Notes: generated by a model from the sequence alone, not told the origin. DNA of 33,397 nucleotides from an uncultured Bacilli bacterium (GCA_947627685.1 CANQWZ010000003.1:1-33397); one strand, 5' to 3'. Shown: positions 1-10,298, counted from the stretch's first letter. Made by a program: numbers and translations.

Positions 1-36
1 TAATATACCGAAGTGTTGATAACTATTTTAAAACGC

Positions 37-75
37 AAAAAAAAGACTGTTAACATTTTAGTTTGTCAACAGTCT
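37..75 (-). terminator. Intrinsic terminator of the ABC/nuclease operon
   Basis: Minus strand reads AGACTGTTGACA-8 nt loop-TGTTAACAGTCT followed by a T run, about 50 bp after the stop at 123. Confidence 0.8.
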
Positions 76-122
76 AAAGAGCAAAACTAAAATATAGTTT
101 TACTCTTTTATATTAATTATTA

Positions 123-2909
123 CTAGAAGTTAATTGTAATGCTATCTACATATACTGCATTGCCTGCTCCAGCAATTTTAATGAAAAGACTTCCTGCTGG
201 TAATGTATATGTAACAGTAAAATCACGACAATCATATTTTGTGGTGGTACCATCTTTAGTAACAGTAACTTGAGTTCCTGTTAATACACCAGTATCTGCT
301 TGACCAGATACTTCTGTTAAATTAGTAGCTGTAGCGCCTGCTGATACAGTTAGTAATGTAGGAGTACTATAACTGCTCCATACATGCATTACAATTGTTT
401 TTGCTTCTTTAGCAAAACCATTTTTGTTAACAAGTAGAGCATCCTTTGCTTTAAATTGCATGCAATCAAGATATCCTTTTGCATCAGTAGATTGAGGCAT
501 TATAGCTGTTGTTGTAAAAGTTATATCTCCTACTGTATGATCACCATTATATTTAGCATAACCACTACTAGCACTATTAGTAACAGTAAGTAATGCTTCA
601 GTATCCAAAGTAATTGAATCGCCTTCTGCTTCTTTAGCCTTAATTGTTACTGTGAAAGTTTTAGTTTTTTCGGCACTATTTAATGTATAAGTTGCTGTTA
701 AACTAATAGTTACATCATCTTCACCAATTTCAGGACGAGTAACAGAAACAACATTTTGGCTTAATTCGGCAGATGTAGTTTGTGCTAAACTCCATACTAG
801 GCCTTCTGCTTCAGGAAGAGTAAAATCTTCAGTAACAGTTGTTGGAACATCTAAATTATCAAGGAATAATTGAGCTTTAGCTTCATCAGTTAATTGAGGA
901 AGAATGTATTCGCCTTCTCTTGCGCCAAAGATAACACGGTAAGTACCAGTCCAATCACTACCATCTTTACCGCCATTGCTATTAGAATAGAAATAGAAAT
1001 TCAATGTTACTACTTGATTTACATATACTTTAAGTTCTTCTGGGAATTCATTTTGTGAATTAAATAAGCAAACTTTTTTACTTGAATCAGTAGTATCTTC
1101 TAAATAATAGTAAGAATCCTTATTTGTTAATTTACCAGTTGCTTGTAAATATTCACTATGTTTAGCTGTTGAAGGTTGCCATGTACAAATTTCAGCAATT
1201 GTTGTTTGTACTGGTGTTCTCATAGTCCAAGTGCCAGATTCAATTAAAGTTACTTTTAAGCCATCTTTTTTGATTTGTGGCATGCCATAAAAATTATCAG
1301 TTGTACCTTCAATTCTTACTTTATCTCCAAGTTTAAACCCTTGAGGTAATGTAGCATATACTACTATACTACCCGTTTCATCAGCAATAAAGAAATCACG
1401 GAAACTACCTGACCAAATACAGTCAATAACACCTTCAATAATAACAGCTTGACCAGCAGCAAGTTTCTTAACTTCAGCTACTGTTTTTACTGGTAAATCT
1501 TTCTTGAAATTGAAAATTAAAACAGTTGAACTATCAGTTACATCACCACATGTAACAGTTGCTTTAGCAGATACCATAACATCTTCAGTTATAGAAACTT
1601 TACCATCAACTATTGCACTAGCAGGAGTTACTTCCCAAGTAACAGTTACATCACTTGCCCAAGTAAATGAAGTAGGTAATGTAATAGGATCACCATTATA
1701 ATAATTGCCTTCTTTTACTGTATCTTTAATTTCAGATATTGCTCTAGCAACTTTTTGAGCTGCATCTAAAGATGGAGCTTCTGCATCTTCTGGAGTAACA
1801 CCATTCCACATAACTCTAAATTGTGCACTTTTTGAATGTTTATCAAGAGTAATACATTCCATTTTTACATATTGACCTACTTTAGCATCAAGCACATCAG
1901 TTAAAGCACTTGTTGTATAGCCATAAATAGAAATTTTTTCACCTGTTAGTGGATCTTCTAATGAATAAGCATCACCACTAGTTTCTGAGCTATTTAATAA
2001 TTTACCATAAACTTTATATGTAGCACCAACATAATTTAAAAAGGCTTTTTTATCAACGATTAATTTTTTGATATCTAATGCAGCTGCAAGTTTTTCTGTA
2101 TATTCAGAAATTGTTGTTTCTTCATATGCACAAGCAACAATTGAAGAATGAGAATCACTTTCATCTAATTTAGTAACTGTAGGACTAGAGATTTGAGGAG
2201 CACCATAATAAGCTGTAGCTGTACCTTCTACATGAACTAAATCATTAATAGTATAAACTTCACTTACACCTCTTACTACGATAGCGCCTGTACTATCAGC
2301 TACGATTGCGACTTTTGTTTCTTTTTGTGTATATTGATAAATAACACGTCCATATATTTCACTAGGAATGCTTATAGCGTTGCCTTGATTGTCACCTGTT
2401 CCCCAACCGCCATCTACTAATGCATTAATGACAGCTGTTTTTACACCAGCAATAGTTGATGTATCAACTACTTCTTCGCATACAACTTTGTATTCAAAGT
2501 TTTTACTAGCAGTTGCTTCTTTACCACTTGCAGTAGTTTGTTTTGCGACTACTGTTAATGTTACAGGAACAACACCATCTACAGCTCTAGGATCTGTAGG
2601 AACTGGTCTTGTAACTTTAGCTGTAGCAATACTACCTTCTACAACGACATTAATTACGTCAGTTTCACTACTTGTCCAAGTAAATGTAACATCAGGATGA
2701 TTTGAGTTACTATTAACTACTATGAAATCAGCAGTAGTTTTGTATGCATCTTCTTGAACATAAAGAATTTCATCTAAAGCAGCATTAACATGATTTTGCG
2801 CTTCAGTTAATTCAGCATCACCACAGTTAGTACAACTAGCAAAGGTAAGGCCTAAGAAAACTATTGCAAAAAATGCAATTAATTTTTTACCAAATCCGGT
2901 AAGTTTCAT
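123..2909 (-). CDS. Large surface lipoprotein with repeated Ig-like and OB-fold-like modules (putative nucleic-acid binding)
   Basis: Start moved to ATG 2909 (SD AGGAGGAA at 2914-2921). Signal peptide with lipobox FAS-C. Duplicated OB-like unit (IVADSTGAIVV..VHVEGTATAYYGAPQI / FIADETGSIVV..VRIEGTTDNFYGMPQI) and Ig-like units (VTFTWTSS..VTRP..VTLTV; FTLP..VWS..VTRP..ISLTAT). Function inferred. Confidence 0.7.
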   Translation of the reverse strand: MKLTGFGKKLIAFFAIVFLGLTFASCTNCGDAELTEAQNHVNAALDEILYVQEDAYKTTADFIVVNSNSNHPDVTFTWTSSETDVINVVVEGSIATAKVTRPVPTDPRAVDGVVPVTLTVVAKQTTASGKEATASKNFEYKVVCEEVVDTSTIAGVKTAVINALVDGGWGTGDNQGNAISIPSEIYGRVIYQYTQKETKVAIVADSTGAIVVRGVSEVYTINDLVHVEGTATAYYGAPQISSPTVTKLDESDSHSSIVACAYEETTISEYTEKLAAALDIKKLIVDKKAFLNYVGATYKVYGKLLNSSETSGDAYSLEDPLTGEKISIYGYTTSALTDVLDAKVGQYVKMECITLDKHSKSAQFRVMWNGVTPEDAEAPSLDAAQKVARAISEIKDTVKEGNYYNGDPITLPTSFTWASDVTVTWEVTPASAIVDGKVSITEDVMVSAKATVTCGDVTDSSTVLIFNFKKDLPVKTVAEVKKLAAGQAVIIEGVIDCIWSGSFRDFFIADETGSIVVYATLPQGFKLGDKVRIEGTTDNFYGMPQIKKDGLKVTLIESGTWTMRTPVQTTIAEICTWQPSTAKHSEYLQATGKLTNKDSYYYLEDTTDSSKKVCLFNSQNEFPEELKVYVNQVVTLNFYFYSNSNGGKDGSDWTGTYRVIFGAREGEYILPQLTDEAKAQLFLDNLDVPTTVTEDFTLPEAEGLVWSLAQTTSAELSQNVVSVTRPEIGEDDVTISLTATYTLNSAEKTKTFTVTIKAKEAEGDSITLDTEALLTVTNSASSGYAKYNGDHTVGDITFTTTAIMPQSTDAKGYLDCMQFKAKDALLVNKNGFAKEAKTIVMHVWSSYSTPTLLTVSAGATATNLTEVSGQADTGVLTGTQVTVTKDGTTTKYDCRDFTVTYTLPAGSLFIKIAGAGNAVYVDSITINF

Positions 2910-2987
2910 TTTTTTCCTCCTAATTTTTTTAAAATAAGTTTTTATATTTAATTTCTTCAAATGAAGAAGTTAAACCAAAGTTAATAA

Positions 2988-4553
2988 TTATTCTGCAAAT
3001 TCGATATCATCCATCGAGAATAACGCAAGTTGTATATGTCCATTTGCATAATCATTTTCAGGTTCTGATGTTGCACCATTATAATAAGCAACAACAGCAG
3101 TTATATTTTTAATTGTTTTACTATTAAAATATGCACCTGTTATGATTTGTTCACCTGTAACAGGATCTTTTAAAAGAACGTTTTGACTAACACGAACGTT
3201 AAGACGTTTGCTAGTACCATTTGCATCAGTATATTCACAATATAAGGTTATAGCTGAATTGTTATCACCATCGTTATAACCTGTAACTTTTAAGTTAGCA
3301 TTTTCAATATGTATTAAATTACCTATTTTTTCATAAGCATAAATATCATTAACACTATCGCACGTTTCTTCTACAACACCTATTTCATCAGAAGCATCTG
3401 ATGTAAGAAGTTGTACTTTGTTATTTGTTGAAACGTCTGTTATTTGTAAAGAGCCAAAGTAGTAACCAATTTTAGCTGTAACAGTAACTTTAGCACCTTC
3501 AATTAATCTTCTAATATCGTTATAACCACCATATACATATATACCATAATATGAATTGGTTTCTTCGTTATATTGTTGGATATAAGCATTTGTTCTTCCA
3601 TCGTTTTTAACAACGACACCTGTTACTTCAATTAATGGTGAAGTAAATTCGTTTCGAGCATTATCTATAGCTTCAGCTGTACCATATTGTTCTCTGATTT
3701 CTTTAATTGACATAACGGTTGCTGTTTTAGAATAATCATAATTAGGATCTTTTTCACCATATATACGTAAGCCATAAACTACAAGATCTTTTATAGCATC
3801 ATTTAAATATGTTTCATATTTTGTACCTGTTGCTGATTTAACTTGTGCATATGCAAGTTCAGCAAGTTCTAAGTTTAATAATTTAGAATCACCATTTGGA
3901 TAAACGAACCAAACCCAAGCAAGATACCTACCATTGCTATCGGTTTCACCTGGTTTTTCGGCTTCTAAAACAATTTTTGCACCATCTGCTTTAGCTTGTT
4001 TAAATTGACTTTTGTTATATTGTGATGCAGCAAAACCCCATGCTTCAATTCGATATGTTGATTCAGGGGTATTAATACCATTGTAACGTACTGTAAATGA
4101 TGAACCACCTGATGTAAACATTGTTGTATCACCATCTACATATCTTACAGCTTCAACTACACCAATACCATCAGTTTCAAATTTTTTACCTTCATAACTA
4201 CTTTTTAGTTTTAAAGTATCAGTTTGAGGGGTTTTAAAGTCATAAGTTTCACTAGTATATGTACCCCATTTTGCAAAAAGGGTAATATCTTTATCAACTA
4301 CATCTTTTCCGAAATCCCAAGCATTTTTAGTTGTTTTTTCTTTATACCAACCTTGGAATATATATCCTCCTGCACGAACAGGATCAGAAGGTTTTAAGAC
4401 TTGCTTTGATGTTTTTACTTTTTGGGTTATTATTAAATCGCCGCCTTCAAAGTTACCACCATTAGCATCAAAAGTAACAACACATTTTTTAACACAACCC
4501 GTCAAAATAACACCTAACACAAAAGCAGTAATAAATAATAATATTTTTTTCAT
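2988..4553 (-). CDS. Thermonuclease (SNase-like) lipoprotein with InlB B-repeat and C-terminal OB-fold
   Basis: Lipobox LTG-C; VTFDANGG..P.R.GY.FQGWY..WDF..DITLFAKW B-repeat; SNase motifs VDGDT, VRYNGINTPE, DSNGRYLAWVW, LNLELAELAYA. Confidence 0.85.
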   Translation of the reverse strand: MKKILLFITAFVLGVILTGCVKKCVVTFDANGGNFEGGDLIITQKVKTSKQVLKPSDPVRAGGYIFQGWYKEKTTKNAWDFGKDVVDKDITLFAKWGTYTSETYDFKTPQTDTLKLKSSYEGKKFETDGIGVVEAVRYVDGDTTMFTSGGSSFTVRYNGINTPESTYRIEAWGFAASQYNKSQFKQAKADGAKIVLEAEKPGETDSNGRYLAWVWFVYPNGDSKLLNLELAELAYAQVKSATGTKYETYLNDAIKDLVVYGLRIYGEKDPNYDYSKTATVMSIKEIREQYGTAEAIDNARNEFTSPLIEVTGVVVKNDGRTNAYIQQYNEETNSYYGIYVYGGYNDIRRLIEGAKVTVTAKIGYYFGSLQITDVSTNNKVQLLTSDASDEIGVVEETCDSVNDIYAYEKIGNLIHIENANLKVTGYNDGDNNSAITLYCEYTDANGTSKRLNVRVSQNVLLKDPVTGEQIITGAYFNSKTIKNITAVVAYYNGATSEPENDYANGHIQLALFSMDDIEFAE

Positions 4554-4580
4554 TTCTAATACCTATCATTAAAAAGATTT

Positions 4581-6032
4581 TTAGTTATTAAGAGCATTAT
4601 AAGATTCTTTATAAGCGGCATCTATTGATTTGTTACCATATAAGATTTGTTGTATTATAAGTTCACCTTCTTCACGTGCTTTAGCTGAGTTAGGGAAAGC
4701 AACATTTGTGAAGAACCAATTTTGTTGTGAAAGACCTGCTTGTTTTGCTTTAGCTGCAAGTGATTGAACACCTTCAATAATTGTTCCATCGGCAGCAACT
4801 TCATTACCTAAAATATGATTTTGATATTCAGCAGAATTTAAAACATCTTTTCTAATTGGGAAATATGAAGTATCAATTGCCCATTTAAGTGCTGATTCAT
4901 AACTGATTAAATATTTTATCCAAAGCCATGCAACAAGTTCTTCTTCTGGATCTTTTGATTTGAATAATGAAACGTTTGTACCTTGTTGAATTACTTGACC
5001 ATGATTTATATCTTTTTGTGGAACGGCTGCAACACCTGTTTCAAATTTAATTGTTGCTTGTGAGCCATCATTGTAACTAGAACCAGCAGATGATCCTAGT
5101 GTCATAATGCATTGACCATTTTTAAAAGCATCTGAGCAATAATCGGTAGCAAAAGCTTGTGAAGTTGCGATGTTACCGTTTTTAAAATTAGTTAATAAGA
5201 AATTAGCAGCTTCTTTTGATTTTCTAGTATCTTCAGCGTTTGCACCAAAAGCATTAAAGACACCTTTATTATTTGTAAAAGAAGTAAATGTAGCATCCCA
5301 TTGTTGCGTTAAAGTAATAAAGGCGTTAGCTTCTGAGTCAATACCAAAAGCAAATACTTGACCAGGATACTTAGCAGCAATAGCTTGATATTCAGAAGTA
5401 GCTTTCCATGCTTCTGCGATTGTTACTACTTCGTCCCAAGTTTTAGGAACACTCCAACCATATTTTTCAAATAATGTTTTATTGTAATACATAAGTTCGG
5501 TTGATTTGTTAAATGGTACAGCATATCTTGTACCTTTAGCATCGTAAATAGTACCTTCATTCCAGAAACCTTCAATGAATTGTTCTTGTTCTTCAGCAGA
5601 AATTCCATATTCAGGATGTTCTATATATTTATCTAATGCACGCACTTTATGTGATTGGTTATAAAGAGCAACGTGGTCTGGATAAGTTTGGGCAGCGTGA
5701 GGTTGAATTTCACCTGAAAGAGCAGCTCTAAGTTGTGTTCTTAAAGTTTCGTAATCACCTAATGAACGTTGTTCTACTTTATAAGTTACACCTAATTTTT
5801 CTTCATAATAAGCTGTGAAACTTTCAGCGATTTCTTCTAATACAGCTGTTAATGCTTGACCATTAGCATGCCAGTAATTAATTGTGATGTTTCTTTGTGG
5901 ATAATCTTCAGGAATATTCGTAGGGTCATCGTTTACATCAACTACATTTGGTTTACATGATTTGCATGAAGCTAACATCATAATAAAGACTGTAGTTATT
6001 AATACAAGCAAAATCTTATTAGTTCTTTTCAT
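4581..6032 (-). CDS. ABC transporter solute-binding lipoprotein (UgpB/MalE-like)
   Basis: Lipobox LAS-C; ITINYWH, YAVPFNKSTELMYYNKTLFEKYG..VPKTWDE, YFPIRK family-1 SBP motifs; next to permeases. Confidence 0.9.
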   Translation of the reverse strand: MKRTNKILLVLITTVFIMMLASCKSCKPNVVDVNDDPTNIPEDYPQRNITINYWHANGQALTAVLEEIAESFTAYYEEKLGVTYKVEQRSLGDYETLRTQLRAALSGEIQPHAAQTYPDHVALYNQSHKVRALDKYIEHPEYGISAEEQEQFIEGFWNEGTIYDAKGTRYAVPFNKSTELMYYNKTLFEKYGWSVPKTWDEVVTIAEAWKATSEYQAIAAKYPGQVFAFGIDSEANAFITLTQQWDATFTSFTNNKGVFNAFGANAEDTRKSKEAANFLLTNFKNGNIATSQAFATDYCSDAFKNGQCIMTLGSSAGSSYNDGSQATIKFETGVAAVPQKDINHGQVIQQGTNVSLFKSKDPEEELVAWLWIKYLISYESALKWAIDTSYFPIRKDVLNSAEYQNHILGNEVAADGTIIEGVQSLAAKAKQAGLSQQNWFFTNVAFPNSAKAREEGELIIQQILYGNKSIDAAYKESYNALNN

Positions 6033-6088
6033 CTTTTTTTAAGTTCTCCTTTTTTTATTTTTTATATCTTCTAAAACAAATGTTTGTT

Positions 6089-7120
6089 TTAGCCTTTTAT
6101 ACCACTACGTGATACACCACGCATAATGTATTTACGTAAGCACACAAATACAATAAGTAGTGGAGCAAGTACCGCAGCAGCAGCAGCCATTTGTCTACCT
6201 TGATGTGAACGGCCTTCACTATCAGTAAATGATTGTCTTAAACCATTACTAATAAGTCGCATGTCGTCACGTGAGGTAATCATCATTGGCCAAACATAAG
6301 CATTCCATGAACCCATCAATTTCAAAATTGAAATAGTTATTAAGGTTGGCATGGCAATTGGAATCATTATTTTAAACAAGTATTTAAGATTACTTGTACC
6401 ATCAACTTTCGCAGCATAATATAATTCATCAGGAATTTGTCTAAAGTTTTGTCTTAATAAGTAGATATAATATACACTTATTAAGAATGGTACAATCATT
6501 GCCCAGTAAGTATTTTCACCATGTAAATATTTAACAACAACAATGTAGTTAGGAATTATCATCATTTCACCAGGAATCATCATTGTCGCAAGGAAAATAG
6601 TAAAAATAATTTCACGACCAGGGAATTTAATTCTTGAAAAGGCAAAAGCAGCCATAACCGTTGTTACAAGTGTTCCAATTGTGGAAAATACACCAACAAC
6701 TAAAGTGTTATACATTAATCTAAATAAATCAAATTGTAATTTTCCTGAAGTAGTTAAAGACATTTGATATTTTGCGTCTAAGATATATCTAAAATTGCTC
6801 CAAGTAATTACTTTAGGGAAAAGTGTTGGTTTAACTAATTCGATTTCTGCTTCTGTTTTAAGAGCTGTAACAATCATCCAATAAAATGGTACTAACATAA
6901 AGATAGCTAGTAAAACCAAAAAGGTATAACATACGATATATCTAATTGTTTTTAAAGTTTTTTCACGACGAATAATTTCGTCAGCATTTTCAACATAATA
7001 TTTATTTTCAGGACATCTTCTTGCATTTTCAAAAGCTTGTTCTTTTTTAGTAACAATCAATTTAGAAATTAGTAGTGCTATTATGATAATAGCAGTAATT
7101 ATTATAATTGCTAAAAGCAT
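6089..7120 (-). CDS. ABC transporter permease (UgpE/MalG-like) with extra N-terminal TM segment
   Basis: PFYWM, AAFAFSR..FPGR, EAA-loop IPDELYYAAKVDG, WN.Y.WP. Start ATG 7120 chosen from SD GAGGTG spacing (7126/7129 are alternatives). Confidence 0.9.
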   Translation of the reverse strand: MLLAIIIITAIIIIALLISKLIVTKKEQAFENARRCPENKYYVENADEIIRREKTLKTIRYIVCYTFLVLLAIFMLVPFYWMIVTALKTEAEIELVKPTLFPKVITWSNFRYILDAKYQMSLTTSGKLQFDLFRLMYNTLVVGVFSTIGTLVTTVMAAFAFSRIKFPGREIIFTIFLATMMIPGEMMIIPNYIVVVKYLHGENTYWAMIVPFLISVYYIYLLRQNFRQIPDELYYAAKVDGTSNLKYLFKIMIPIAMPTLITISILKLMGSWNAYVWPMMITSRDDMRLISNGLRQSFTDSEGRSHQGRQMAAAAAVLAPLLIVFVCLRKYIMRGVSRSGIKG

Positions 7121-7131
7121 AATCATCACCT

Positions 7132-8106
7132 CTAATAATGGACACGTTTTTTACCAACATAACCATTGATGGCGGTAAAAAACATGATTATGGCAAACAG
7201 TACAACTGCCCCTGCTGCCGCAAGTCCCATTTCGGTGGCATCACTACTGCCTATTTTATCATAAATATACCATACTACTGTTGCCATGTTGTGACGATGA
7301 CCAACTGATTGTGCTCCTTCGCCAAAAATAGCAACAACTGATGTATATTCTTTGAAAGCACCAATAAACGAAGTTATAAGTAAATAAAAGATTTGTGGAG
7401 AAAGTAGAGGTACTGTTATTCTTGAAAATATTCTAAATTTAGATGTACCATCTATTTGTGCAGCTTGATAATATTGTTTATCTATACTTTGTAAAGCGCT
7501 AAGTAAAATTAAAATTTTAAATGGAAGAGAATTCCATATGATATAAACCATTAAAACAATCATTGATGTAAACCATTGTGGTGTAAAAAGGGCATTATCA
7601 GGATTGAAAAGATTATTGCCAAGAGTAACACCTTGAATGTTACCACCAAGCCAGTTTACATTAGATCCTCCAAGTGAAGTAATTATGGTATTAGCAAGAC
7701 CTTGATGACTTTCAAAAACAATTGAGAATACCATACCTATAGCAATTGTATTAGTTACATATGGTAGGAAAAAAACTGTTTGGAAAAATCTTTGTAATGG
7801 TTTAATTGAATTTAAAGCAACAGCAATTAAAAGTGATAAAAGAATCGATACAGGTACTGATGCAAAAACAATAACCATTGTATTGCATAAGCAAAGAACA
7901 AATTGATTACCGGCTGAAAAGATTCTTTGATAATTTTCAAAGCCAATACTTGAATAAGCACCGGTAACATTATCATATTGTTCTTTAAAAGATATAATGA
8001 AAGTATCGATTAATGGGTAAAAAGTAAATATCGCCATTAGTACAAGAGCTGGCAATAAGTAAAGCATTGCTTTTAAGAAATTGATACTCTTTTTACCTTC
8101 AACCAT
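7132..8106 (-). CDS. ABC transporter permease (UgpA/MalF-like)
   Basis: YLLPAL..FYP, GFENY, FFLPYVT, EAA-loop YYQAAQIDG, ITVPLLSP. Confidence 0.9.
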   Translation of the reverse strand: MVEGKKSINFLKAMLYLLPALVLMAIFTFYPLIDTFIISFKEQYDNVTGAYSSIGFENYQRIFSAGNQFVLCLCNTMVIVFASVPVSILLSLLIAVALNSIKPLQRFFQTVFFLPYVTNTIAIGMVFSIVFESHQGLANTIITSLGGSNVNWLGGNIQGVTLGNNLFNPDNALFTPQWFTSMIVLMVYIIWNSLPFKILILLSALQSIDKQYYQAAQIDGTSKFRIFSRITVPLLSPQIFYLLITSFIGAFKEYTSVVAIFGEGAQSVGHRHNMATVVWYIYDKIGSSDATEMGLAAAGAVVLFAIIMFFTAINGYVGKKRVHY

Positions 8107-8107
8107 A

Positions 8108-9169
8108 TTACTGTACTCTCTTTTCTTCTATTTTATCAAACACATAACATTTGTTAGGTTTTACAGCAACTTTGATGGTGGTGTGTTCTTTTACTTCAAC
8201 ACCCGATTCTACAATGAAACGGAAAGTTTCTTTTTCGGTATTTTTGTTACTAGCAACAACAGAAGTATCTCTACCAATATGTTCTACTTGTTTTACTTCA
8301 ACACTAAGTGTTCCGTCTTCACTAATTTCAAAGCCTTCTGGTCTAATACCAATATTTACTTCTTGGTCTTCTAAGTTGCTAGAGCCGATTAATTCATCAC
8401 CGATATATAAACCACCTTTTTCAACTTTACCATAAAAAATGTTAATAGGTGGTGTTCCTAAAAATTTTGCGACAAATTGATTAACTGGTTGTTCATAAAC
8501 ATCTTGTGGCTTGCCACGTTGTTGTTCAACTCCTGCTTTCATAACAACAATTTCATCAGAAATACTCATTGCTTCTTCTTGGTCATGTGTAACGAATACA
8601 GTTGTTATACCTGTTTCACGTTGAATTCTTTTAATTTCTTCACGTGTTTGTAAACGTAGTCTTGCGTCTAAATTAGAAAGTGGTTCATCTAGCAATAATA
8701 CTTTTGGCTCTTTTACAAGGGCTCTAGCAATTGCTACACGTTGTTGTTGACCACCTGATAGTTGCTTTGGCTTACGATCTAATAAATCTTCAATACCAAC
8801 AAGTCTTGCATATTTTTGTGTTCTTGCTAGTATTTCTGCCTTTGGCATTCTCATGTTTTGAAGGGGAAACATAATGTTTTGTTTAACGGTTAAATGAGGG
8901 TAAAGGGCATAATTTTGGAAAACTAAACCTATACCTCTTTTTTCGGCCGATAAATTAGTTACATCTTCATCTCCAAAAAAAATTTGGCCCATAGTAGGTT
9001 CTAACAATCCGGCTATCATATAAAGCGTTGTTGATTTACCACATCCTGAAGGGCCAAGTAGGCCGATTAACTTACCTGAAGGTATAACAATATCCAAATT
9101 GTCTACTGCTCTAACTTCAGAGTTTTTATCGGCAAATATTTTAGTTAAATTAACTAAACGAATGTCCAT
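8108..9169 (-). CDS. ABC transporter ATPase (MalK/UgpC family)
   Basis: Walker A GPSGCGKST, FQNYALYPH, LSGGQQQRVA, LLLDEPLSNLD, VTHDQEEAM, GIRPE with C-terminal TOBE-like region; SD AGGAGG. Confidence 0.95.
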   Translation of the reverse strand: MDIRLVNLTKIFADKNSEVRAVDNLDIVIPSGKLIGLLGPSGCGKSTTLYMIAGLLEPTMGQIFFGDEDVTNLSAEKRGIGLVFQNYALYPHLTVKQNIMFPLQNMRMPKAEILARTQKYARLVGIEDLLDRKPKQLSGGQQQRVAIARALVKEPKVLLLDEPLSNLDARLRLQTREEIKRIQRETGITTVFVTHDQEEAMSISDEIVVMKAGVEQQRGKPQDVYEQPVNQFVAKFLGTPPINIFYGKVEKGGLYIGDELIGSSNLEDQEVNIGIRPEGFEISEDGTLSVEVKQVEHIGRDTSVVASNKNTEKETFRFIVESGVEVKEHTTIKVAVKPNKCYVFDKIEEKRVQ

Positions 9170-9244
9170 AAAATTATCCTCCTAATTTAGAATATCTAAT
9201 CGCAAAAATTAACAATTTTCATCAATTATTTAATATTCTATTAT

Positions 9245-9273
9245 ATTTTACTATATATAACTTTTTTTTGCAA
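9245..9273 (-). promoter_or_regulatory. SigmaA-type promoter of ABC/nuclease operon
   Basis: TTGCAA (9273-9268), 17 bp, TAAAAT (9250-9245). AT-rich context lowers specificity. Confidence 0.55.
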
Positions 9274-9369
9274 ATTATATAAACTTTTTTTTGAATTACT
9301 AAAAAATATATTTGTTTACTTGCTTTTTTTTAGCAATTATCATTTTTCTTTTTTTTACCAAAAATACCT

Positions 9370-9410
9370 AAAAAAAGAAAAGAAGAAAAAGTCATTTTTT
9401 CCTCTTTTCT
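9370..9410 (-). terminator. Probable terminator after dnaX-ybaB-recR-small gene
   Basis: AGAAAAGAGGAAAAA..TTTTTCTTCTTTTCT plus T run, 13 bp after the stop at 9424. Confidence 0.55.
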
Positions 9411-9423
9411 AAACAAATATTTC

Positions 9424-9654
9424 CTATTTTATAAATATTAACCACACAATTAGTAAGATAACAAAAGCAGCTGCAATACCTATTACAACTTTAAGCGCTT
9501 TTCTAGCTACTCTGATAAGACCTATGACAGCTAGAAAAATAACTCCTATAAGTAATAATAATTTTAAAAATCCGGGAAGACTGTTGAAAGGCGCAAGTAT
9601 AAAATCAGAAGCTTTATTGGTTGCATCGTTTATCCATTCAATAACACTTAACAT
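9424..9654 (-). CDS. Small two-TM membrane protein, unknown function
   Basis: SD AGGAGG, 12 bp after recR stop; two hydrophobic helices separated by basic loop RVARKALK. Confidence 0.75.
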   Translation of the reverse strand: MLSVIEWINDATNKASDFILAPFNSLPGFLKLLLLIGVIFLAVIGLIRVARKALKVVIGIAAAFVILLIVWLIFIK

Positions 9655-9666
9655 AATTTTTTCCTC

Positions 9667-10263
9667 CTAATTGTTAATTTTTCTAGCATCGATTGCTCTT
9701 CTTAATGTAAGTTCATCAACATATTCGATGTCACCACCTGCCGGAAGTCCGTAGCCAATTCTTGATACAACAAGGCCATCCTTTTTGATTATTTTTTCTA
9801 GATATAAAGCAGTCGTTTCACCATTTGGGGTAAAGCTTGTCGCAATAATGACTTCTTTTATCCCGTCAAGCCTTTTTTCTAAACTATCTATGTTTAAGTC
9901 ATCAGGAGATATGCCATCAAGTGGTGAAATTAAACCACCAAGTACATGATATAAGCCATTATATTGGTTGGTTTTTTCAATGGCTATTACGTCTTTGGTA
10001 TCTCTTACAACCATGATTTGATCTTTTGTTCTATAACTACTAGCACAAATTGGGCAGGTCTCTTGATCGGTTAACATACCACAAACCTTACAATGTTTAA
10101 CATCTTTTTTGGTAGTAACTAATTCTTTTGCGAAAGCCTCAACCTCATCAATTGTCATTTTTTCGGCTATATGGTAAGCATAACGTTCAGCGGTTTTTTT
10201 ACCAACTCCTGGTAATTTTTCAAAATGTTTAGATAGCTTATCAATAAATTTAATTTCGCTCAT
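9667..10263 (-). CDS. recR: Recombination mediator RecR
   Basis: LPGVGKKTAER HhH, C4 zinc finger CKVC..CPIC, YHVLGGLISPLDGI, SRIGYGLPAGGDIEYVD. Confidence 0.97.
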   Translation of the reverse strand: MSEIKFIDKLSKHFEKLPGVGKKTAERYAYHIAEKMTIDEVEAFAKELVTTKKDVKHCKVCGMLTDQETCPICASSYRTKDQIMVVRDTKDVIAIEKTNQYNGLYHVLGGLISPLDGISPDDLNIDSLEKRLDGIKEVIIATSFTPNGETTALYLEKIIKKDGLVVSRIGYGLPAGGDIEYVDELTLRRAIDARKINN

Positions 10264-10298
10264 TTTTTGCTACTCCTTATTATATAGTAAAAAATTTT

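Noticed and set aside
4060-4092. Inactive nuclease because GINTPE replaces the usual GIDTPE
   Set aside because: DGDT, the catalytic Arg, Glu and the GR motif are intact; Asn can still ligate metal. Cannot call inactivity.
8612-8627. parS-like TGTTTCACGTTGAATT
   Set aside because: Only the left half matches TGTTTCACGTGAAACA; explained by the QRET codons of the ABC ATPase.
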